DNA of 64,000 nt from Octopus sinensis (lineage: Eukaryota): positions 96,472,001-96,536,000 of the forward strand of contig NC_043006.1 of NCBI RefSeq assembly GCF_006345805.1. The letters are read 5' to 3'. The notes below the pieces were generated by a model, which was not told where the DNA came from, searched no databases, and was given only the letters and a program-made list of their open reading frames with translations. Below, piece after piece: positions 40,500-52,539 of the stretch. Each line of letters begins with the position of its first letter. Position 1 is the stretch's first letter. Position numbers and translations under genes: made by a program.

Positions 40500-42200
40500 A
40501 TTTCATATTTCAATTCATCCACTATACATACCTAAACTACCAACATATCCATTCTTTCACAACCCTCGAACTTATTTGCCCCTTCATCCTTCTCCGTACC
40601 TCTTCCACCCCATTGTCCGGACCAAACGTACTCTTACCAGTTGCTTCCTTCCCAACATTCCTGAACCCAACAAATCTAGCCACCCTATTGTCTCTGCCAG
40701 CAACTGACCTACGTAATTTATCCCTCGATATCTTAACCCACTTCGTCCTTGCTCCCATTGTGGCTTACTTCTCATCGCATATTCACAACACCGACCACGT
40801 TCTTCGTCTCTTTAATTCCTTCTCGTACTCTCTTCGACCTTCCCTATTCTTCATCAAGTTCCCCATACATCAACTCTACACTATTATCCCTCATAATGAC
40901 GAACCCTGCGCACAGAAACATTTCTTTGACTTGCATCCCGATCTCCAGACTAGCAACTCCAACCTTTTGCGATTCACCGAACTGGTTCTGTCTTTTAATT
41001 GCTTTTGCTTCGCGGGAGAAATCTACCAGCAGGTCTCGGTTGTAGCTATGGGAACGAGAATAGTCTCCGACTGCGCGAAGCTGTCTGTCACCTATGCTGA
41101 GGCCTGGAGAGTCTCATAATTCATCGTTCCCGTTGCTGAGCTATACGGTCGCTACATTGGCGCGACTTCACTCTCTCAGAAAGAACTCAATTCCTTCCTT
41201 TCATTCATTCAGTTCTTCCACCTCGCCCTTCTATTCTCTTGCTCTGTCTCCAACACTTCCATTATTTTCCTCGATATTTCTGTTGTCAGCAAACCACTTC
41301 TCTCTTACCAGCTCTATCTACTCCAAATCTACAGATTCCCTCTTCTATCTGAATTTCTTCCCCTTCTCCCGCACTAGCCACGCCTATTCCCTACTCTCAA
41401 ATTCCTTCGTCTTCGTCCGCTTTACAGTGACGACCATGTTTTGTGACAGTCCCAACTCATGGCTCACCACTTCACCCAACAGGGATACCCCTTGCTTTTA
41501 TTAAATCCTCCCTCGACGGCACTCAATCTCTTAACCGTGCATCAGCCCTCTCACCCCGCATCGTCCCACTCTTATCCGCCTCCACTTCCCTCTGACCTAC
41601 CATTCTTCCACCCTACCTCTTCAACGCAATATTCTACGCAATTTTTACCTGCTTTTACCTGGCTCTTCTACATCCCGCACCTTGCCCAATCTGCCTCTCA
41701 CTTTCTTCAAACGCATCCCGAACCTACGGAATCTACTTGTCCGTAGCTGTTCCTCCACTACCGGCACTCAGCCTTTCTCCTACTCTTGCTCACACTGGCG
41801 CTTCACTTCATTTTTCTCTAACATCATCACCTTCAGCGGTAACCACAACCACTCCCTCCCGTCACCGACTCCATGACTTGCACTGATCTAGTAATCTTAT
41901 TTACTACAACTACAATCTTTTCCACTCACAGTATATTGTACAAAGTAATCGAAACCTAGCTGACAATTTTTCCAAACACCTTCCGGACATCACGCTTCAT
42001 TAATTATACCCCGGTATAGCGCCATTTCTGCTCGACAGTTCATTCCCTCCAATATTTGTCTGTGTTCAGACTACCCTTGCAATGAGGTTACTCGGACTCC
42101 CGTCTCACTCGGGAATAAGAATTTTTCTCTCTCCATACTTGAACCTTTCACGGTTTAAATCCTCTATTTCCTTCCATACACCCCCCTTCACACACACATA
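40500..42200 (+). mobile_element. Decayed Penelope-like element (RT plus GIY-YIG region)
   Basis: HPIVSA, LYTIIPH, ELVLSFNCFCFAGEIYQQVSVVAMGT, FLD, QGYP and the RHF...HSL segment, with many stops and frameshifts. Confidence 0.85.
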
Positions 42201-42527
42201 CCACACACTTCTTACACTTCCGCAGTCATCTCAACTTCTAACCATCACACTACTACACTACACTGCTGATCTCATTACATAACGTCACACATACACGCAC
42301 ACGTTCAAACAGCACATACACACACTTATACACACAACTTTCTATATACTCACATATACTAGCACCCACACTTCTTTACACACACATGCATGCAAAACCC
42401 ACATATGTGCACAGACATACACACTTCACCCACGTACAAACACACAACATTCCTGTACACGCGAGAGGTTCATACATACATATGCGATCCTAGACACGCA
42501 CACATACGTCAGACAGCCTCTCTCACA

Positions 42528-42560
<33 letters not shown>

Positions 42561-43139
42561 AAACAGAAAACATCGAAACGCGCACGCGCATACACACACA
42601 TACACAAATACACAGAGCATACACGCACGCATTAGGTTCATACACCATAAGATAATGCTCAGGCATGTGCAAAGGTTCACAATTGTTTCCGTTGACACCC
42701 ACACCTCAAGTCATCCTCCAATGTTGTCTATGTTGCTACTCCCGCTTTTAGCGACCCCTTCCTACTCCTGATTATTTCAGCATGCAGAGGCTGTCTAAGT
42801 GTGATGCGTTTCTTCTCTACCTTCACCGCTTTCTCTCCACCTATATTCTTTCTGTAGAAGAGCATATGCACAAAATGCAAAAGATTTTTACTTCTACTTT
42901 TCCTGAACATAAACCTAATACCCATTTTTTTTTTACCTCATCTTCATGCTATTCATAGATTTTGCATCATACGTATATACACAAACACAAGATTTTCTAA
43001 ATAGCTCAACAACGAAATCTCACTTTGAATATCGTAAAGATGAACAATGTCTCATGCAGCCCGCTTCTCGGAGAAAGGTTGCCAATGCCTGATCTATGGG
43101 ATGGTTGAAGGTGCAAAGCATAGTCTTGAAGAGAGGATA

Positions 43140-44196
43140 ATAATTGTAAGCAAGCAATTAAATTATTTAAATTCAAAATTTTTAAGTTATATTTATAAAT
43201 TTTTATATTTTTAAATATTTTTTAAATTTTAAATTTATAAATTTTTAATCTTTTAATTTTTTAATATTAATATTTATATATTTATTAAATTATGTTTTTT
43301 AAAAAATAACTATCAAAAAGGTATTAAAAAGGTATTGAATTCTAAGTTAACCTCTTTATTAAAGTTATTTTAATAATTTATGTTATTTTGTATTATAATG
43401 CATACTATATAACTAAGGATTGATAATTTGATTGTATAGATATTTAGTTGTTGAAGATATATATTTCATTATTAGATTATAACTATACGGTTTTTGTAAG
43501 TTACTAATTGGCCAACGAGATATATTGATGGTTGAATAGTTAAACGGTTTTTTAAAGATAGGTTATACGTTTATAATTTGCTTTTTCATCTTCAATTTTT
43601 TAATATATTTCGTAATTAATAATGGAATAATTAATTTATTTAGTTTTCATTATACGTATATATATTTATTGATAGAGAAAATTTTAGATCTTAATTATTA
43701 TATTTATTGATAATAATTTAGCTATTATTCTTAAATATTTTATAATTATTAGATTTGAACTTGAATTTAAAAATATGAATAGTGATTATTTTTTTGTTAA
43801 ATAATTTGGTAATTAGATATTGACTATAAGTGAGATTAGGTTATTCGTGAGTTTATTAGGTTTTTATAGCCATTTTAAATCTTAATAGATAAATACATTT
43901 TCTATCTATTTTTACCTTAAAAATTAATATTTAACATTATAATTGGATTGTATGACATAATCATACAATTTTCTAATTTGATAATAGAGTTTTTTATAAG
44001 AAAAATTATTATTTTACTTATTTCTTAAAAAATATTGTTTAAATATATTTGCATATAATTATAATTCGAATTTTTAAATGAATCTAAGTTATTGTAATGC
44101 GAATTGGGTTATGGCCATGAAACGTACGTAGTGGTTTTACTTATTATATTATATTAAACTTTTTAATGTTCACTGTTTGATTTGCCTAATAATGGC

Positions 44197-44200
<4 letters not shown>
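43140..44200. other. Extremely AT-rich, non-microsatellite island of unknown origin
   Basis: Visibly lower G+C than neighbouring unique DNA, T-rich on the + strand, no simple periodicity. Confidence 0.6.
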
Positions 44201-44289
<89 letters not shown>

Positions 44290-45839
44290 TGAAGGTTTGA
44301 AAATTTTAAAAGGTGTTTATTCACTTGACCGGTTTCACTTTTTTTAGAAAAAGCTTTGTTGAGTTAAGTACTGGTTGTCACAAAATATTACAATACATAT
44401 ATACATTCTTTGATAATAATAAGAACATGTTAAAAACAGTTTACAAGGAAAAATCTTGGGAAAATATTAAACCCTGGGACGAATCAAAAACGGCCCATAC
44501 ACACAGACACAAACACATGTATATATATATATACACACACACTCACACCATTCTGACCGCTAAAGACCAATCCCCAAAACCATATATATATGTGTGTGTG
44601 TGTGTGTATGTGTATGTGTGTGTGTGTGTGCGTGTGTGTGTGTGTGTGTATGTATGTACGTATGCATGTATGTATGTATATATGTATGACCAGGAGTTGT
44701 AGCACGTGTTAGGACCCCAGCTATGGGTTAATTAGCATTTGAGCCACTGGGAATGAAGGACCCCAGTTCTCTTCGAATACCTTTTAGGAAAAAGGTGAAC
44801 TCGCATTAAAAGATCTGAAGTCCAGTCAGTTTCTGGTAGATTCATCTTCTGTTGTGCCACTTGTGCCCTACCTGATGGCACTTAAGTGTGGATTCAGAGC
44901 TGTGAAACATTTTATCCGCACGAAACAAATTCTTTCACAGGAATTTCTTGAACCCTTAGAAATTTTGCATGGACCTATTGATCTTAGGGTGTCGTCTTAC
45001 TCGGTCACGAGTTGACTTCTACTACGAAGATATGTATGTATTTATGTACGTGTGTGTGTATGTATGTATGTATGTCTGTATGTATGTATGTATGTATGTA
45101 TGTATGTATGTATGTGTGTCCATGCATGTATGTATGTATGTATGTATGTGTGTGTCCATGCATGTATGTATGTATGTATGTGTGTGTCCATGCATGTATG
45201 TATGTATGTATGTATGTATGTATGTATGTATGTATGTATGTATGTATGTATGCACGTACATATATATGCATGTATGTATGCGCGTACATATATATGCATG
45301 TATGTATGCGCGTACGTACGTATGTATGTATGCATGTGTTTATGTATGCATGTATGTGTGTGTATATATATATATATGTGTGTGTGTTCATCAACATCAT
45401 CATTTTCAGCAAATTACAAAACCCATTACACTGACGCTTGGACGCATTTTTATGTGTGATGGAATCTAAAGTGTGTGACAGAACAAAAGTATAATTTCTA
45501 CAGTTCATCATATTTTAAGAGTTATTTGGCGGTCTGGCTCGGGTGCCTGTGTTTGGCTTGCATAGTGCATCTCTCTCCCCTTCGTTCCTTTTTCTTTTGG
45601 ATTGCTTCCTCCTTCTACATACCACTTTTGCAATACTAAAACACATTACGACTTGCGATTATTCTATACTCATACCGGCAGTAGAGATGTTACAAGGAGA
45701 CAGGTCAAAATATTCTCCTCTAGAACTGTACCACTATAATGCATGCATGTATGTATGTGTGTATATATATATGCATCTATGTATGTTCATGTTTGTGAAT
45801 GTGGTGTATGTATGCGTGCATAAAATTTCTATAATGTTT

Positions 45840-45881
<42 letters not shown>

Positions 45882-46044
45882 ATATATATATATGTATTTA
45901 TATATAGAGGGCATTATACATACATGCCAGAAGGCATTATACATACATGCCAAACGCTAAGAGGGACAATTAGTCATTTCTACCAAAAATATTACTAATC
46001 CCACCGAATGCAATTTTTCAAAGTAAGACATTTAAAAAAAATAT

Positions 46045-46092
46045 AGACCTGTATCACAGTGATTTCATACTTACGTACTCATCAGCAAGCCT
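46045..46092 (-). ncRNA. Type I hammerhead ribozyme, copy 1
   Basis: AGGCUUG CUGAUGA GUAC GUAA GUAU GAA AUCA CUG UGAU A CAGGUCU; one stem I C-to-U change that keeps a U-G pair. Confidence 0.85.
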
Positions 46093-46525
46093 GAATGTAT
46101 TATAAATAAACACGACCCTGCCCCGCTTAAGCCGATCAGCTAACTGCTCGACATCAACGAAGCACATGGGTGATTTACATATATTACATCCGGATAAATG
46201 GCAAACTTTTACGAATTGCATTTCGGGAGAGGAAAAGTTTTTTCGGAATAAAAATTTAGCAATTAAGGAAAACTACTTAATAAGAGAAAACTTAACAAGA
46301 AATTGTCAGGTAGATAGCGTAAAAACCTCATAAGAGAAAAAATTCGAAAATAATTATTTTTATTGAACATATTAATTTATATAGAGGGCATTATACATAC
46401 ATGCCAGAAGGCATTATACATACATGCCAAACGCTAAGAGGGACAATTAGTCATTTCTACCAAAAATATTACTAATCCCACCGAATGCAATTTTTCAAAG
46501 TAAGACATTTAAAAAAAAAAAATAT

Positions 46526-46573
46526 AGACCTGTATCACAGTGATTTCATACTTACGTACTCATCAGCAGGCCT
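46526..46573 (-). ncRNA. Type I hammerhead ribozyme, copy 2
   Basis: AGGCCUG CUGAUGA GUAC GUAA GUAU GAA AUCA CUG UGAU A CAGGUCU; 7-bp stem I, 4-bp stems II and III. Confidence 0.88.
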
Positions 46574-47003
46574 GAATGTATTATAAATAAACAACGACCC
46601 TGCCCCGCTTAAGCCGATCAGCTAACTGCTCGACATCAACGAAGCACATGGTGAGTTTACATATATTACATCCGGAAAATGGCAAACTTTTACGAATTGC
46701 ATTTCGGGAGAGGAAAAGTTTTTTCGGAATAAAAATTTAGCAATTAAGGACACTACTTAATAAGTAAAACTTAACAAGAAATTGTCAGGTAGATAGCGTA
46801 AAAACCTCATAAGAGAAAAAATTTCGAAAATAATTATTTCTTATTGAACATATTAATTTATATATAGAGGGCATTATACATACATGCCAGAAGGCATTAT
46901 ACATACATGCCAAACGCTAAGAGGGACAATTAGTCATTTCTACCAAAAATATTACTAATCCCACCGAATGCAATTTTTCAAAGTAAGACATTTAAAAAAA
47001 TAT

Positions 47004-47051
47004 AGACCTGTATCACAGTGATTTCATACTTACGTACTCATCAGCAGGCCT
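47004..47051 (-). ncRNA. Type I hammerhead ribozyme, copy 3
   Basis: Identical to copy 2. Confidence 0.88.
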
Positions 47052-47480
47052 GAATGTATTAAATAAACAACGACCCTGCCCCGCTTAAGCCGATCAGCTA
47101 ACTGCTCGACATCAACGAAGCACATGGGTGAGTTTACATATATTACATCCGGATAAATGGCAAACTTTTACGAATTGCATTTCGGAAGAGGAAAAGTTTT
47201 TTCGGAATAAAAATTAGCAATTAAGGAAAACTACTTAATAAGGAAAACTTAACAAGAAATTGTCAGGTAGATAGCGTAAAAACCTCATAAGAGAAAAAAT
47301 TTCGAAAATAATTATTTCTTATTGAACATATTAATTATATATAGAGGGCATTATACATACATACCAGAAGGCATTATACATACATGCCAAACGCTAAGAG
47401 GGACAATTAGTCATTCTACCCAAAATATTACTAATCCACACCGAATGCAATTTTTCAAAGTAAGACATTTAAAAAAATAT

Positions 47481-47523
47481 AGACCTGTATCACAGTGATT
47501 TCATACTTACGTACTCATCAGCA
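47481..47523 (-). ncRNA. Truncated hammerhead, copy 4 (only 2 nt of the stem I 5' strand remain)
   Basis: Core intact, but the sequence switches to the T13 junction at 47524. Confidence 0.7.
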
Positions 47524-47562
47524 TTTTTTTTTTTTTGGGTCGTTGTTATTTATAATACATTC

Positions 47563-47610
47563 AGGCCTGCTGATGAGTACGTAAGTATGAAATCACTGTG
47601 ATACAGGTCT
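47563..47610 (+). ncRNA. Type I hammerhead ribozyme, copy 5 (inverted unit)
   Basis: aggcctg ctgatga gtac gtaa gtat gaa atca ctg tgat a caggtct; predicted cleavage after 47603 (AUA). Confidence 0.88.
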
Positions 47611-48618
47611 ATATTTTTAAATGTCTTTGAAAAATTGCATTCGGTGGGATTAGTAATATTTTTGGTAGAAATGACTAATTGTCCCTCTTAGCGTTTGGCA
47701 TGTATGTATAATGCCTTCTGGCATGTATGTATAATGCCCTCTATATATAAATTAATATGTTCAATAAGAAATAATTATTTTCGAAATTTTTTCTCTTATG
47801 AGGTTTTTACGCTATCTACCTGACAATTTCTTGTTAAGTTTTCCTTATTAAGTAGTTGTCCTTAATTGCTATATATTATATGTATATATGTATATATATT
47901 ATTATATATATATATATATATTATATATTATATATATATATATATATGTATATGTATTCCTAAAAGCATTCGTACACTCACACGCCCATACTAAAATAAC
48001 GACACACCATATGTATATATATATATATATATTACGTACATACAAACATATATGTATAAACACACATATATATGCATATATACATGTTTGTATGTGCATA
48101 AATACTCATATATATATGTCTATATAATTTTATATATACATATTTTATTTCATCATCATCATCATCATCATCATCATCGCCATCATTGTTGTAATTATAA
48201 CTATTATTATTTGTATGCATTTACATAGCTTCATTCTAGTTTGCTACTGCGACAAGAAGCTGATTACAAAGTCTACATTTGACGTCGGCCTAATGATTTA
48301 TTATTTTATTGTGATAGATTTTGTGAGTGGAGATTAAATCTAGTAGATTGATTGTCTACATCTAAAGTCTGACCATCTGTTTCAGGCCGTAGTCCAGAAT
48401 TTGTTGTGAGCCACTGTTGGCATTGCTATCGGTTCGATTCTTCACTGTTCTGCCTCATATATTATTGACTTCAAATATTTAATACATGGCCGGCAGTTTT
48501 TTAGGCGAGGGGTAAGTCGATTACAGCGATCCCAGTACTTGACCTGCACTTAGTTCGTCGACCCTGAAATGATGAAAGGCAAAGTCTTCCTCAGTGGAAT
48601 TTGAATTCAGAACATAAA

Positions 48619-49340
48619 GGTGGACGAGAGCAACACGACACTCGCGGTGCCAATCGCCCTTCCTCGGCCTCTTTTTGATCCACGACTGCAGTTCGGTCAT
48701 GGAGACGAGCTGCGGGAAAGCGTGCCTCACAAACGGCGACCACACCTGTTCACCGTCGTCTACATAGAGCTAGAGATGTCGCAGTCTCAGCGCGTGTCTG
48801 CGCATCATCAACCACGGCATGCCCAGCCCTCCTTTTAGCGGGTGTTGACAGCAAAGGATCGCCTGACCATCGGGACGCATCCTTTCCACAAGAAGCGAAA
48901 GAGAATGCATGAAGTTGTAGTTTGGTGATGGTAGGGTCGGGACAAGGTACGACGGTCAGGCGGTAGTAGATGACGGACGCGATGTACGTGTTCGCCACCT
49001 CTGCCCGACCTTTTAGGGACAGTTTCCTCTCGGCCCATTGCCAGGCGAGAGTGACCACCCTACTCGTATCTCGTTCCAGTTCTTCTCCACTTGGAGGTCC
49101 GGACCAAACCAGACCCCGAGCAACTCAACCGGGCCGTCAGTTCAGCGTCCCACGACGGAGGTACTGGTGGACGGCATGGGCTTGCTTCTCCAGGTGCCTA
49201 GTCGCAAGCCCACTGACTTTTCCCGGTTGATTTTCGCTCCTGTCACCGCTTCGTAGTTTTTCAGTGTCTCGCCGACCTGCTCGATGTGCTCGTGGCTAGA
49301 CACTATGACGGTGACGTCGTCCGCGTATGCAGACACATGG
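48619..49340 (-). mobile_element. Tx1/L1-like LINE ORF2 fragment (RT C-terminal half)
   Basis: SAYADDVTV, GAKINREKS, LLGVWFG and RKLSLKGRAEVANTYIASVIYY, with frameshifts. The low-coordinate end abuts a SINE B fragment (48490-48618). Confidence 0.85.
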
Positions 49341-49343
49341 ATG

Positions 49344-49360
49344 GATAGATAAATAGATAA

Positions 49361-49454
<94 letters not shown>
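49344..49454. repeat. (GATA)n microsatellite
   Basis: Directly visible. Confidence 0.95.
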
Positions 49455-50124
49455 CACTTCTGCCTATGAATCAGTCAAACTTCGAACTATATGCAACAGG
49501 TATTAGACTGTGCACTCAATAGTCAGATGAAGAGTGTCACATAATATAGACAAGACAACATTCGGTGTGCTTTTAAAACAGACGGTTCCATAAAACAATT
49601 ATCCATGATGAATTGAATATGAATTGATAGGAAATTGGAGAATGAACACATGGAGATATATTGTCAGCTTCTGAGTGTTTAATATTCGAGATAGTTCAAT
49701 AAGAAAGAAAAATCCGCTATTTAGAAATCCTGAATGCGAATAATGAAAAATCCATCATCGTTGTTTTATTAATATTACATGCCTCACAGATGAGATGAAT
49801 CTCATTTGTAGAAATACTCACACACGCATCCTGAGAGACACCCAGTCGCATGCATACACGTGTTCACTGAAGAACGTGGGCTTCTGTGTCAGTATGATAT
49901 AACATATCAAGCCGAAAGTTCGGTGGATCGCTTCATACATTTTCCCCCCGGCACTGCGCTTGTTTTCTCTTTCGTGGCCAGGATATTCACATTTCGTCGA
50001 CCAGCTGTATCAATACTGAAACAGAAGGGGTGATTTGTGCAATAAACTACTTCAAGTAGGCAATACAATCAAATTGTTGAATGTGTCTTTCGACTGAGAG
50101 CCTTGAATTTAAGGATCTAAGCCA

Positions 50125-50540
50125 GTGACTCTCAACTTGGGTTCATATGGTCCTGAGCGTCCATATAAGATTTTTGGGTGTCCACACAACAAAATAGTAA
50201 ATTACGGATCCACAATAATATTTTAAGGACCCCTGAAAAAATTTTGCTTTAGATCTATTTATTAGTATGTAATATAAAATAACAAGATCTATGTATTGGT
50301 ATGTATTATAAGATCAAGATCTATGTATTGGTACGTATTACAAGAAACAGGTAGGTTTCTTTCCCTAATGTCTTACATAGTTCAACCTACATAAGTTAAT
50401 GTGTGAAAAATGGAATAGGAATTTTGAAAGAAATTTCTATAAAACTAGTTTTATAAACATCAAATGACAATGGAGGTTCACCAGAATAAACTAATAATCA
50501 AAATGGTCCATAGATTAAAAAAAAATTATCGAGACGTCCA
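50125..50540. mobile_element. Possible decayed hAT-like MITE
   Basis: Starts cagtgactctcaac, resembling hAT-type TIRs; right end degenerate. Confidence 0.4.
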
Positions 50541-51139
50541 GCTCTCATGATGTAATATTTCGTGTTATGTGTCTAGACAAGGTAAGATATTTGCTTGATG
50601 ATACATAAAAGCATAGATACATTAATATATATATATATATAAACGTAACATGTACGCTCAAATGAACGTTTTATAACGTAACCTCTGTACCTATTTTACA
50701 AAAAATTTCAGTTGAAGTGTTCTTTATTAAAAACCAGATACTTGGAGTGTTCATGCATCATTATTTGACTGGTTTCAATCAATGGTCAGTGGTCAATGCT
50801 ATGACGCTACATTCAGTCATTTTCTCTCTAGAAAAGAGTTATGTTAGACATGTTTTTTTTTTGTTTATATCTTTCTCTGTGTGTTTGTTAGGGTTAGTAA
50901 TGTGTCGACTTTGAGCAGAATACTCGGATGACATTTAAACTAACACCGTAGACGTACCTAACCAAATATCATAAGGCATGCCGTCCGATTCTTTACATAT
51001 TATGCTTGCATACATATGCATACATGTATGCACGCATACATATATGCACGCATACATACTTGCACATAGATAAGTATGTATGGATTTATATATACATACT
51101 CACACATAGATACGTATGTATGGATTTATGTATATGTAT

Positions 51140-52085
51140 ACTCTTTTACTCTTTTACTTGTTTCAGTCATTTGACTGCGGCCATGCTGGAGCACCGCCTT
51201 TAGTCGAGCAAATCGACCCCGGGACTTATTCTTTGTGAGCCCAGTACTTATTCTATCGGTCTCTTTTGCCGAACCGCTAAGTGACGGGGACGTAAACACA
51301 CCAGCATCGGTTGTCAAGCAATGGTAGGGGGATAAACACAGACACACAAACATATACACACACACTTATATATATATACATATATACGACAGGCTTCTTT
51401 CAGTTTCCGTCTACCAAATCCAGTCACAAGGCATTGGTCGGCCCGGGGCTATAGCAGAAGACACTTGCCCAAGATGCCATGCAGTTGGACTGAACCCGGA
51501 ACCATGTGGTTGGTAAGCAAGCTACTTACCACACAGCCACTCCTGCGCCTATTAAAGAGTACAGCAGGGATCACCACCCCCTGCCGGAGCCTCGTGGAGC
51601 TTTTAGCTGTTTTCGCACAATAAACACACACAATGCCCTGTCTGAGAATCGAAACCGCGATCCTGCGACCGCGAGTCCGCTGCCCTAACCACTAGGCCAT
51701 ATATATATATTTGTGTACATGTGTGCTTGTGTGTGTGTGTCTATCTGTATGTATATGCATACACACGCGTGTGTCTATACTCTTTTACTTGTTTCAGTCA
51801 TTTAACTGTGGCCATGCTGGAGCACCGCTTTAATCGAGCAAATCGCCCCCAGGACTTATTCTTTGTAAGCCTTATTCTATCGGCTTCTTTTGCCGAACCG
51901 CTAAGTTACGGGGACGTAAACACACCAGCATCGATTGTCAAGCGATATTGGGGGGACAAACACAGACACACAAAACACACACACACACACACATACACGC
52001 ACACACATATGTATACGATGGGCTTCTTTCAGTTTCCGTCTACCAAATCCACTCACAAGGTTTTGGTCGACCCGAGGCTGGAGTG
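51140..52085 (-). mobile_element. SINE cluster A-E-A
   Basis: Reverse complements of family A (51140-51550, 51780-52085) and family E (51570-51700). Confidence 0.85.
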
Positions 52086-52539
52086 AAATAGACATCTGTG
52101 TATCATACTTAATGTAAATACATTGTGAAATATCAAACGTACTGTGATATTTATCAGGAGATATATCTTATGGACGTGCTGTGTTTTAAAAGCAAAATAT
52201 ATATCGAAAACAGGCGGTAAGAATGCTAAATATGCATTTCTACCACGTTGGAAGTTGCCAGTAGCAAGCACTCACAACCAACACCATTCTACAACGAAAC
52301 CTGTCGTTACCGATGGAAATAAAAAGAAAGTAAATTCCTTCCCGAGTCATGTTGACTCCGAGATGGTTTTCTAGTTTCCATGGCATATACATTCCCCATC
52401 TGAACGGCACGCCGGTCCATTGCAGGATTATTCATTTTTGCCAGCTGTGCGAACTGAAGCAATTTTCCTCAAGAACACAACGCGTCGCCTGGTCCAGGAA
52501 TCGATCGATAGAGGAGACAGTGAAGAAACAATCACTACC

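Larger units (their letters stand above)
45903..47871. mobile_element. Tandem array of ~480-bp hammerhead-bearing units plus an inverted copy (candidate retrozyme / non-autonomous PLE derivative)
   Basis: The tagagggc anchor falls at 45905, 46382, 46865 and 47342 (periods 477, 483, 477). Unit 4 is cut at 47523, followed by 13 T and an inverted copy at 47537-47871. (TA)n on both flanks. Confidence 0.85.

Noticed and set aside
42255-42290. Hammerhead at the 3' end of the Penelope relic (ctgatct...ataacgtc)
   Set aside because: The position is plausible but both core halves are mutated, so it cannot be supported.
43140-44200. Octopus mitochondrial NUMT
   Set aside because: No 12S/16S conserved motifs, and the frames examined contain stops under the invertebrate mitochondrial code. 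Kept only as an unexplained island.
44865-44930. ctgatggcac...gtgaaacatttatc hammerhead-like motif
   Set aside because: Core mismatch at A9, stem III mismatch and no stem I.
45903-47523. Array as a CRISPR array, mitochondrial control-region NUMT or protein-coding repeat
   Set aside because: Units are ~480 bp and wholly repeated, with no variable spacers. No mitochondrial gene motifs are adjacent. The plus-strand peptide KENYLIRENLTRN loosely resembles a PLE C-terminus but is short, stop-bounded and antisense to the ribozyme.
46045-47610. Purifying selection on the hammerhead among array copies
   Set aside because: Only one difference falls in the 48-nt motif and the units differ by about 2 percent, mostly homopolymer indels that could be sequencing error. 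There is too little signal.
49875-49930. ctgaaga...aagccgaaagttc hammerhead-like motif
   Set aside because: Stem II is out of register with the core and stem I does not pair.
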